Position numbers and translations under genes: made by a program. DNA of 64,000 nucleotides from Zootoca vivipara (Eukaryota). The first letter of the stretch is position 1. Each line of letters opens with the position of its first letter. Of this stretch, positions 50,791 to 61,258 are shown piece by piece. The stretch lies in assembly GCF_963506605.1 (NCBI RefSeq), contig NC_083281.1, forward strand, positions 14,012,001-14,076,000. Direction: 5' to 3'. The notes beneath the pieces are model-generated. The model saw nothing but the letters and a program-made list of their open reading frames with translations, searched no databases and was not told where the DNA came from.

Positions 50791-51652
50791 ATTTATACCC
50801 CGTCCACCTGGCTGGGTTTCCCCAGCTACTATGGGCGGCTTCCCTAAACAGGGCTGCCTTCAGATGTCTTCTAAAAGTCAGATAGGAAGATAGGAGGGAG
50901 TGAGGAATGGAGCGGGGTGGAGAGGGGGCTCTCAGACGCGTCAGAGCCTAGGCACCGACCCAGCTGGCCAGAGGGGGAAGGACAGCACAGCGAGGTGCTG
51001 GAGCCTCTGCAATGCTCCAACCAAAGGACGGGAGAAGGAACGCAGCCCCTTCCAGCGCCCGAATTGAGGCGCACGCCCACACGCAGGGCTAGGGGGAGGC
51101 GCTTTGGGGTGCCCAGGCTTTTATGCTGGCTGAAGAGCCGGAAGCAGCCATTGCCGGGTTCTGAATTGGACTGGGCAGTCATGTTTTCTGATATCTCTGC
51201 ACTGTAAATAATATGCACAATAAAACTCTGAAAGACAGAGCGGAATGGAGCGTCTTTACTCGAGAGTAGCCACAACAATCCCCTGACAGCCTGGTTCACT
51301 GTAACCTCACTTCTCGCAGTAAGGAAACCGTCAGAAGGCCCTCGGAGCTGGACCTCAGTGTCCAGGCTGGACGATGGGGGTGGAGACGCTCCTTCAGGTC
51401 TACTGGGCCATTCAGGGCTTTAAAGGTCAGCACCAACACTTTGAATTGTGCTCAGAAACGTACTGGGAGGCAATGTAGTTCTTTCAGGACCGGTGTTATG
51501 TGGTCTCGGCAGCTGCTCCCAGTCCCCAGTCTAGCTGCCGCATTCTGGATTAGTTGTAGCTTCCAGGTCACCTTCCAAGGTAGCCCCACATAGAGCGCAT
51601 TGCATAGTCCAAGCAGGAGATAACTAGAGCATGCACCACTCTGGTGAGACAG
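50791..51652 (-). mobile_element. L2 fragment split by a GC-rich LTR-like insert (about 50890-51288)
   Basis: L2 3' end at 50791-50885 and body at 51289-51652; the insert has AATAAA near 51219 and ends ctgaca. Confidence 0.6.
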
Positions 51653-51957
51653 TCAGAAAGAGGTGTACATGGTGCCATCCAACCGTCTTAAGAGATTCTA
51701 CTCAGGATTTGTACAAGGTTTTCTCCTGAACCTTTTCTTCTCCCAAAGATACCCCACAAGGCAGCAGAAGTTTAGTACCAGAGCTTTCCATCTCCACACA
51801 CACACACACACACACACACAAAGACAAAGCTCAGGATTTTGCTTTGTTGCCCTGCAAGGTGGCAGAAAAATCAAGACTTCAGAAGAGCTAAAATTGATTA
51901 CGTTGGACTGTATGTCTCCCACCTTTAGGGTGCCAGGATGTATGCAGAATCTTATTA

Positions 51958-52105
51958 TAGAATCATAGAACTGTAGAGTTGGAAGGGACCACGAGGGTCA
52001 TCTAGTCCAACCCCCTGCGATGCAGGAGTCTTTTTGCCCAGCATGGGACTTGAACTCACACCCCTAAGATCAAGCATCTCCCAGGCAGCTCAGTCATATC
52101 GGCAG
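51958..52105 (-). mobile_element. Squam3-like SINE
   Basis: CR1-type tail plus tRNA-like head on -. Confidence 0.7.
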
Positions 52106-52904
52106 GAAGGATTATGCTAAATTGACAGGAGGCTGAATCAATCAATTGGGAGGCCACTCTGTCCACCCTGTTATTTCCCCAACTTTCGAAATACCAGGAA
52201 ATTCCAATGCTTGTCACACATACCTTTTGATTATTTCGAAACGTTATCTTTCCTGAACTAGTTGGTCCTGCTTCTGATCTCTTAGTAAAGTACTGTAGTT
52301 GTAGTTGACAGTTTGAGGTGTTAGCATGGAAATAAAGCCAAGGAACCTCCCCTGGTGCAACAGAAAAAGTACCGTAATACGTACTTGTACATTCGTTTGT
52401 ACAATGAAACCACCCTTCTTTGCCTCTAAGAACTGGACCTTTAACGCAGCAGCAGTAAAGACCTCCCTTTTCATGGAATCTCTGCTTTGATTCCTGGCCT
52501 TTGTCTATTTCAGGTAAACCTTTCCCACCTGAACCGCAAGGTGAATTGATTTCCCCCTCAACAGTGAACGACACCTGGACAGCAGGCAGGAACACAAACC
52601 ACCTGGCTTCAGCCTTTCCCTCTGTGGCGAAATGCAGTATATTTCCAAATTTGCATCGCCTTATACATTAGCATATTCAAATTGGATGTAAATTTGTGCC
52701 CTCTTTTTCAATGTGGTGTGTTTCTTTTCCCTGTTGTTGTTATTATTTTTAGCAATGCAGAAGCGGACACGCTAGTTTTTGGCTATTTCGTGATGAATGT
52801 GACTTTTTCTTCTTCTTAATAATAATAATAATAACAATAATAATAATGGGTTCAGTAGCTTGAGAGCTGCCTTGGGCTTGTTCTGAAAGGCAGCATGCAT
52901 GAGA

Positions 52905-53060
52905 CACAGTGTTGCGTAGTGCTTAGAGTGCTGGACTGGGACCTGGGAGATCTAGGTTTGAATCCCCACTCAGCTATGAAGCTCACTGGGTGACCTTGGG
53001 GGCCAGCCACCATCTCTTCACCTACCCTACCTCACAGGGCAGTTGTGAGGGTGAATAAAT
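52905..53060 (+). mobile_element. MIR/CORE-type SINE
   Basis: tRNA head, ctgggtgaccttggg core, cctacctcacaggg..gttgtgagg. Confidence 0.75.
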
Positions 53061-53087
53061 AATAATAATGTTGTAATAAATAATATA

Positions 53088-53462
53088 GGGACCCAGGTGG
53101 CGCTGTGGGTTAAATCACAGAGTCTAGGGCTTGCTGATCAGAAGGTCGGCGGTTCGAATCCCTGCAACGGGGTGAGCTCCCGTTGCTCGGTCCCAGCTCC
53201 TGCCCACCTAGCAGTTCGAAAGCACATCAAGTGCAAGTAGATAAATAGGAACCGCTCCAGTGGGAAAGTAAACGGCGTTTCCGTGCACTGCTCTGGTTCG
53301 CCAGAAGCAGCTTTGTCATGCTGGCCACATGACCCGGAAGCTGTCTGCGGACAAACGCTGACAAACGCCGGCTCCCTCGGCCTATAGAGCGAGATGAGCG
53401 CCGCAACCCCAGAGTCGGACACGACTGGACCTGATGGTCAGGGGCCCCTTTACCCTTTACCT
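53088..53462 (+). mobile_element. Sauria SINE, full length
   Basis: gggacccaggtggcgctgtgg...cctttacc; TSD TAATAAATAATAT. Confidence 0.93.
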
Positions 53463-53818
53463 TAATAAATAATATGTTGAAATATTATCACCATTATCAT
53501 TATCTGTTGTAGTAATAAGGATGCCCTTTGCATATTCTTTTGGACTGTGGGATGGCAGGCAGGGACTATATTGTATGCAGATAATTAGGGTGGGGTTTTT
53601 CCAAGAATATTGCAATATATGATCAACAGGCAATGAGATCAAACAGGTGGGTGTTCGAACAGCGCACTCATCAACTTCTGAATTGTTTATATACGTGTCA
53701 TGTGCCCTGCTTTTTGAAGGCACGCAAAAGTTTCGCTAGGTCAGGGCGGTCCAACACCCATGCGGCCCCTTTTAAGTAACCCAGTGTGCATTGCTGGTGG
53801 CGACGGAAGCCCCAGCGT

Positions 53819-54783
53819 CAGTGCCTGATTTACATATAAGCTAAACAAGCTATAGCATAGAGCCCCACTCTCTTGGGGCCCTCCAAAAGATTGAAAGGAG
53901 AAAAAACCCTGGATGTACATTTCCAAAATATAAGATAAAAAACAAATAAAATAAAACCTACATAGAAGAGTTTGGATTTGATATCCCGCTTTATCACTAC
54001 CCGAAGGACTCTCAAAGCGGCTAACATTCTCCTTTCCCTTCCTCCCCCACAACAAACACTCTGTGAGGTGAATAGGGCTGAAAGACTTCAAAGAAGTGTG
54101 ACTAGCCCAAGGTCACCCAGCAGCTGCATGTGGAGGAGTGGAGACACGAACCCGGTTCCCCAGATTATGAGTCTACCGCTCTTAACCTCTACACCACACC
54201 ACCATACAGCAACAGTGTTTTGTTTTGTTTTGTTTTGTGTTGTGTAGGCTCCTGTGATGTAGGTCATGGGCCCCACCTGCTAGCCTACTCCCTAAAGTAT
54301 CACTGGTTTGCTCATTTCTCTATATAGGGTGCCTACATTCTGCTATTTATAATTATTAGTAGTTTGCATCATACCTATTACTGAGGTGCCTATTAAGTCC
54401 ATAAATTACCATCTAGCATATAGTTACAGGTAGGTAGCCATGTTGGTCTGATGTAGTCGAAACAAAAACTTTAAAAAAAATGCCTTCCAGTAGCACATTA
54501 GAGACCAACTAAGTTTGTCATTGGTATGAGCTTTCGTGTGCATGCACACTTCTTCAGAAGTGTCCTAGCGAAACGTTTTGCGTGCCTTCAAAAGGCAGGG
54601 TACATGACACACATATACTGGAAGGAATTTTTTTTATTTTTTGTTTCATCTAGCATATATTCAACACACACACACACAAAAAAAACCAGCGACCATTTGT
54701 TGTGGACAAAGGATAGCTGGACATAGAAAGGGCCCCATTACCTTCAGGAACTGAGGGCCTCATCAAACCTCAATCCGGCCCTG
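53819..54783. mobile_element. hAT-like element with nested tRNA-SINE (53965-54200) and Penelope end (54423-54558)
   Basis: cagtgcc...ccggccctg ends; TSD CCCAGCGT / CCCAACGT. Confidence 0.85.
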
Positions 54784-55193
54784 CCCAACGTCCAGGATCC
54801 CTCCCACGACCGGTTTGATCTCTCGCGGCAGAAGCAGCAACAAATCCTTGCACTCTGGTGTTGTCCGAAAGTCCCGCCTCCCCACTTTCCCAGGAGCGTT
54901 CAGAGGGATGGAAGGCAGGGACCTTCAGTCCCAGCAGCAGCTGCTCTGTAGGGGCAATACTTGTTGGGAAGGGCGGCCGGGTCACATGCCATTTCCTGGA
55001 CTAAAGAGTTCACTTTGCCCACAACTGACTCCGCCTCTTCGTTCTGAGCTGCATCTGACTCCAGCCTTGGCAAGGGCTGAGACAAGTCTGCAGTTGGTGA
55101 GACCCCACGCGCCCTCGATGGATCCCCCCCTCTGCTACACCGAGCCGGGAAGGCTCTACGCAACGGCAACCCGAGAGAATCTGTTGGCCTTAC

Positions 55194-55936
55194 CAGTGGC
55201 AACCTGCTTCCTGGGATGCTGGGGAAGTCGTGGTGTTCCATGTGGTAACCCACGTTGAAGGTGACCCAGTTCAGGGGCCCGTAGTAGGAGACAGTGTCGT
55301 AACCCTTGGCATACATGTAATGCTCAGCGATGAAGTGCCCAGCGAAGGGGTGGAGGCCCATGGCCAAGAAGGAACCGGCCACCATGTAGACCAGGGGCTT
55401 GGATCCCCATAAGCTGTATATGAGGAGGTTGTAGCCCATTTGGACAGCCAAGTTAATGACCTCCATCTTGGAGAGAGGCTTGGGGTTGATGCAGAGCGGC
55501 CGCAGGACGTAGAAGAGAGGCTGCAGGAAGAGCCAGAGGACCTTCCTCAGCGGGGTGTTGAAGAAGTGCCCCTCAAACTCGGTGGGGACGTCGACGTCCA
55601 GCCCTTCCATGGCCAGGAAGCGGTGGTGGTCGACGTGGTACTTCTTGAAGGAGGTGGCATAGGGGAAGCCGATGGGCAGGTTGGCGAACATGCCAAAGAA
55701 GCGGTTCCACTTGGCCCTCTTGTTGCCGAAAGGCACGTTGTGGGCGATGTCGTGGATGGCCAGCGTCATCGAGTGGTTGAGGCAGCCCCCGAAGGCGTAG
55801 GCCCAGAAGAAGACCCACTTCCAAGGCAAGCCCTTCACCAGGTAGCAGGCGAGAATCTGAGTCAGGACCATGAGGGTCACCACCCACTTCATGTTGGGAT
55901 CGGGGCCCATCAGCTTCTTGATCTCCGGGTACTTGG
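55194..55936 (-). CDS. DEGS2-like sphingolipid desaturase/hydroxylase, exon 2 (743 nt)
   Basis: His boxes HDIAH, HVDHH and HMEHH; [24 protein letters not shown]; acaacag acceptor, gtaagg donor. Confidence 0.95.
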
Positions 55937-55978
55937 CTGTTGTGGAGGGAAAGAGGGGTGAGAAGGGGAAGCAATGGC

Positions 55979-55980
<2 letters not shown>

Positions 55981-56054
<74 letters not shown>
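55981..56054. repeat. (AAT)n(AAC)n compound microsatellite, tail of an L2 fragment (56058-56275, -)
   Basis: Direct reading. Confidence 0.9.
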
Positions 56055-56056
<2 letters not shown>

Positions 56057-57864
56057 ACTTATTATTTATACCCTGCCCATCTGGCCGGGTTCCCCCAGCC
56101 ACTCTGGGCGGCTTCCAACAAAACACCAAAATACAGAAATCCATCAAACATTAAAAGCTTCCCTAAACAGGGCTGCCTTGAGATGCCTTCTAAAGGTCTG
56201 GTAATTGTTGTTCTCTTTGACCTCTGGTGGGAGGGCATTCCACAGGGTGGGCGCCACTACAGAGAAGGCCCTCGGTAGTGGCACCCACCCTTGGTGTGGC
56301 AGTGAATCGCAAGCAGAGAGAGGGTGTGATTAACACTGGTGTCCTGCTGGGAATTTATTTATGTATGCTACTACTGCGGCCCGTGTTTCATTAGCCCAGA
56401 AATGTAAAACCAGCAAGGTTCCAACTAACAAAGAGTAGCAACTTAAGTTGACAGAATATGCACAACTCGCAGACTTAGCATATAGAATAAGAGAACAAGA
56501 AAAACATGTAAGCTGCAACATCTCCTAGTGTGTCACATAGTAATAAAGTTGGGCCATTCAGGGGCGAACGAAGGTATTGTGTATATCGCTATGTAGGGTG
56601 CATGTGCGGCGTCGCTATGTACGATGCCTGCACCGTACGTAGTGACGCTGCACATGCGTTGTACATAGTGGTTTGCCGCTGCCGGCGTTCCAGCATGGGG
56701 TGGTGGAAAGGCTAAATAAAAATAGGTTGTGCATAGTCTGACATGCTTTAATTTAATTAATCCATCCATCCATCAATCAATTAAATGAAACAGAGATCTG
56801 CAGGCACACCCTTCTTGAGAATGTTTATATCTGATTTCATGGGTACATATCGGTGTGAAAGATTGGAGGAGAGATAGAGGGATTATATATGCTCACCTTT
56901 TGCTCCGGGTTTTTAAGCTCCGGGTTCATGTGGTCTTTTTCCCCCACCCTGGAGCTTTCCCTGCAAAAACCCGCTTTTTAATTCAGAAGGGGCCACCCAC
57001 ACCATACGTTTGAAGCGCTGTGACACCGCTTCATAAACAGTTGGGGCTCCCCTCCAGCCAATAATCCTGGGAGTCGTGTGTCACTTTCTGTTTCAGAAAG
57101 AATTCTGTAGATTTTGGCCATCTTTATAGGTGCTTGAGTTAAGATTCCTGTATTGCGGGGGGGGGGCTAGATGACCCTCAGGGTCCCTGCCAACTCTACA
57201 GTTCTATGTTTCTATGACTAGGCAGCAACATGTTTCCACCCAGACACGAAAGATGAGTTCCAGGAACCTTCTATAACATTCCTGAGAAATCCAGTATTTA
57301 TAATTATTAGTAGTTTGCATCATATCTCACCTATTATTATTTTATGTTATAGCAAGTTTCTAGAGACTAGATTATGAGTCTTTGTAAATGGCGTTTCTAA
57401 AGGAACTTTTGTTATTGCCAACTGCCAATGTGTTTGCATTATTAAGTTTGTTACCAATAAAAAAATCATTTCAAGTTAGAGATTCATAATTATTTCACTA
57501 TTAATATACTTCTTCTTAACTGTATTTCAGTTCAATGATTACTTTGATAAAATACATATTTTGGGATGTGCAAATGGCTTGAGATACCTATTAGGTCCAT
57601 AAATTACCATCTAGCATCTATTAAAAAAACAAAAACAAAAATAACCCAGCACCATTTGTTGTTGGCAAAGGGCAGCTGGACATAGAAAGGGCCCCATTAC
57701 CTTCAGGAGCTGAGGGCCTCATCAAACCTCAGTCCGGCCCTGCTTGTGGCTGGTAGCCATGTCGGTCCAGTTCCCTGCCCGCCTGGTCCCGGTTCACCCA
57801 CTTTGCCCTTCCCCCCACCCCTCCAGTCTCTGCCCTTTGCAGCGTCCTCCACCTGCAACCTCAC

Positions 57865-57946
57865 CTAGGATCTCCTTCCTTCTGCTTGTGTGGGGCTGCT
57901 CCGTGTAGACCCACTCGAAGTCATCTCTGCTCCCGGTGTTGCCCAT
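57865..57946 (-). CDS. DEGS2-like gene, exon 1 (82 nt; total 969 nt, 322 aa)
   Basis: [27 protein letters not shown] then G|gtgagg; DEGS N-terminal motif with Gly2. Confidence 0.95.
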
Positions 57947-58637
57947 GGGGAGGACCTCTCTGAGCCTGACTCAAGAAGACTCTCCCCGCTTTTATGGAGA
58001 GTCTCTTGGGGTGTGCTCCCTACAGCCACCTTCTGAGAGTGCGGTGATGGCTCTGAGACTACCCCCGTTGAACCCAAACCCTGCCCAACCTGCTGGGCTA
58101 AAGCACCTGCTCAACCAGTTTGCCCTCCCTGAGGAATTCCTAATTCTATGGGCAACGGTGGCCGAAGGGGTGAGCCGGAATAGATTTGCGCTTTACAAAG
58201 TGTGTCATTATCACATGGAACGAACTCCTCTGTGGTGAAGAGGATGACTTGCTATCTTTGAAGGGGACGTAACTGTGGGATGCTGTGTGCGGTTCTGGTT
58301 TGCGTCGTCTGGAAAAAGGAGGGATTGTCATGCCAGGAAAGCTGTAGCAGCCAGTCAAGGGTAATCGTTAAAATCAAGAGGCTGTAGCAACTCTGCTCTC
58401 TGAAGAAAGATTTCAGCGAACTTCTGGGCCATGTTTAGGAAGGTGTGCTTTGCATCTACCTGTATACTGCTGTAGTTATTTTTCCAATTACTCTTTTGAG
58501 CGATGGGTGGTTTTATTTACCGTTGGTGCAGATCATTACAGGCAGTGTGACCATGAGAACTGCATACAGTGGGAAGGGTGTTTCTCTCTCTGAAACGTGA
58601 AGTACACTGAGCATTTTCTTTGTGTTTGAGGCTATTA

Positions 58638-58841
58638 CAGTGGTACCTCTACTTACGAATAACTCTATTTACGAATGTTTCTACTTACTCCGTCCGCCAT
58701 CTTGGATGTGGTTTAGATAGGATTTTTTCTACATACGAATTTTTTCTCCCAATGCATTCTAATGGGATTCGACTTACAAATTTTTTCTACTTAAAAATGT
58801 GCGTTTGGAACACATTAAATTCGTAAGTAGAGGTACCACTG
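58638..58841. mobile_element. Tigger/pogo-like MITE
   Basis: TA-cagtggtacctctacttacgaa...ttcgtaagtagaggtaccactg-TA. Confidence 0.9.
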
Positions 58842-59092
58842 TAAATCAAATGGGGGGGAGGGATGAAGGTTTTGTGGTCAAATTTGCAGGGGGTGGGCTA
58901 GAGGACCTTTGGGGTCTTTTCCAACTCTACAATTCCATGGTTTTTTTATTCTATGATATGGGGGGTGGGGGGGTCATACTGATGTATATTTGGCTCTAGG
59001 TTACAGGTAGGTAGCCGTGTTGGTCTGGATCGAAGTAAAATAAAAAAAATTCCTTCAGTAGCACCTTAAAGACCAACTAAGTTTTTATTTTG

Positions 59093-59130
59093 GTATGAGC
59101 TTTCGTGTGCATGCACACTTCTTCAGATAC
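59093..59130 (-). ncRNA. minimal hammerhead ribozyme motif
   Basis: GUAU-CUGAAGA-AGUGUGCAUGCACAC-GAAA-GC-UC-AUAC on -. Confidence 0.75.
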
Positions 59131-59334
59131 AGTGAAATGGAAGTACATTCACTGTATAAAGCGATCTTCAGCCATCTCAACCCTTGCTTTTTCATGCAAA
59201 ACCATTTGCAGTCGTTTGCGGTCATCAACAGCTATCAGTCAGTCAATCACCCATTTCCACCACCCTTCTGAGTGATCCCCCCTCCCCATCCCCACCCCTT
59301 CTCTACATAAGTGCCTGGAAACTTCCATTTCACT

Positions 59335-59372
59335 GTATCTGAAGAAGTGTGCATGCACACGAAAGCTCATAC
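59335..59372 (+). ncRNA. minimal hammerhead ribozyme motif
   Basis: Same motif on +; predicted cleavage after C59368. Confidence 0.75.
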
Positions 59373-59749
59373 CAAAATAAAAACTTAGTTGGTCTTTAAG
59401 GTGCTACTGAAGGAATTTTTTTTATTTTGGCTCTAGGTTGTTTAGTTTGGTCAGAATCGAGTATACACTCCCTGAGTAAATGCTAAATACATGACTTCTG
59501 GTCAATGAACCACCATAGCTTCTAGAGGGCCATGAACATTTCTGTCCTGGGCTTTTTAGACTCATCTACCCATGTACTACGGTATCTGAAACCAAAGTGG
59601 TGCATTGGTTGCCATATGTGACTCCCCAGCTCTCCCACCCCACTACCAGGCGCCTCCTTGCCTCTGAAATGATCTTTATAGGGACAGCTGTTTGGAAATC
59701 AGTGCCTGAGTTTTGATTTTGGTTTTCCTCTTCCCTCCCTGTTCTCCAT

Positions 59750-60100
59750 TTCTGAGCGCACAGACTTCGGAGCGGCCGCGCTCGAATCTATTCTGGCCCC
59801 TGACGGCTGCCGTAGCCGAAGCGCCGAAGAGAAGAAGAGCGGATGCGTGCGGCGGACGCCAGCAGCCGCGCCTGCGCAGCCCGAGTCCGAGTCCGGGAAG
59901 CCAAGCCTGAGACGGGATACGGGCGGGAGGACCGCTTTGTGCCTGCGCAGTCCGGATGGTTGCCATGGAGTCGGAAGGGGCCTACGAGCCGGGCTTCGTG
60001 GGGATCCGCTTCTGCCAGGAATGGTGAGGAGGCGCCGGGAGGCCGGAGGGGGCGGTGCAACAGAGGGGGGCGGCGGCGGGGAGAGACGGCGGGGGCCCTA
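59750..60100 (+). promoter_or_regulatory. POLR2I CpG-island promoter
   Basis: CpG-dense; NRF1-like GCCTGCGCA at about 59870 and 59941. Confidence 0.7.
59965..60023 (+). CDS. POLR2I: RNA polymerase II subunit I (RPB9), exon 1
   Basis: gccATG; MESEGAYEPGFVGIRFCQE(C) then gtgagg donor; not shown in the ORF track. Confidence 0.95.
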
Positions 60101-60379
60101 TTGAACGACCCCCCAACAGTCTCCTTAGGGGGCTGGGCTAGATGAACCCGGGGGTTCCCCTTCCAACGCTGCAGGTCTATGATATGCCGAGAAGGGGAAT
60201 CGATACTCAATAACCGAAAATAAGCAGGGACTGGGATGGTTTTCCAAAACACAGTCAGGGGTCAGGGAGAGATGCACGTGGTGGGGCAGCAGCAGCAGCA
60301 GCGATCATAGTAAGGGGAATAATAGGAAATAATAACAGCAACAGCAACATATACAAGTACTACTACTACTACTACTTAT

Positions 60380-60428
<49 letters not shown>

Positions 60429-60480
60429 CTTATACACCAGTAAGGGGAATACCGGTAGTAGGAAACAACAACAACAACAA

Positions 60481-60881
60481 GGCTGATCCCCGAAGAATGG
60501 ATGCTTTTGAATTCTGGTGTTGGAGGAGACTCTTGAGAGTCCCATGGACTGCAAGAAGATCAAACCTATCCATTCTGAAGGAAATCAGCCCTGAGTGCTC
60601 ACTGGAAGGAAAAATCCTGAAGCTGAGGCTCCAATACTTTGGCCACCTCATGAGAAGAGAAGACTCCCTGGAAAAGACCCTGATGCTGGGGAAGATGGAG
60701 GGCACAAGGAGAAGGGGACGGGAGAGGAGGAGATGGTTGGACAGTGTTCTCAAAGCCACCAACATGAGTCTGACCAAACTGCGGGAGGCAGTGGAAGACA
60801 GGAGTGCCTGGCGTGCTCTGGTCCATGGGGTCACGAAGAGTCAGACACGACTAAACGACTGAACAACAACAACAACAACAA
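60481..60881 (+). mobile_element. BovB/RTE LINE 3' fragment
   Basis: DAFEFWCWRRLLRVPWTARRSN...LQYFGHLMRREDSLEKTLMLGK...; (AAC)n tail. Confidence 0.95.
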
Positions 60882-60907
60882 AGGGGAATAATAGGAAACA
60901 GCAACAA

Positions 60908-61258
60908 CTTATACCCCACCCATCTGTCTGGGGTTCCCCAGCCACTCTGGGCAGCTTCCAACAAAATATTAATAATGCAATAAACCATGAGACATAAAAA
61001 CCTTCCCTAAACAGGGCTGCTTTCAGATGTCTTCTAAACTTCAGATGGTTGTTTATTTCCTTGACATTTGAAGGGAGGGCGTTCCACAGGGTGGGCGCCA
61101 TCACCAAGAAGGCCCTCTGCCTGGTTCTCTGTAACTTGGCTTCTCGCAGGGAGGGAACTGCCGGAAAGCCCTCAGAGCCAGACCTGAGTGTCCGGGCTGG
61201 ATGATGCTGGTGGAGACGCTCCTTCAGGTGTACTGGGCCTTTGAGGCCGTTTAAAGGT
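60908..61258 (-). mobile_element. L2-clade LINE 3' fragment
   Basis: Same family as 13770-14138. Confidence 0.85.

Larger units (their letters stand above)
59003..59425. mobile_element. short Penelope-like insertion with inverted pLTR
   Basis: Perfect 108-bp inverted arms at 59037-59144 and 59321-59428; 14-bp direct repeat TTTGGCTCTAGGTT on both sides. Confidence 0.88.

Noticed and set aside
55937-56147. Poly-Leu signal-peptide-like N-terminus of the 415-aa ORF
   Set aside because: Intronic microsatellite and L2 tail; the true exon 1 is at 57865-57946
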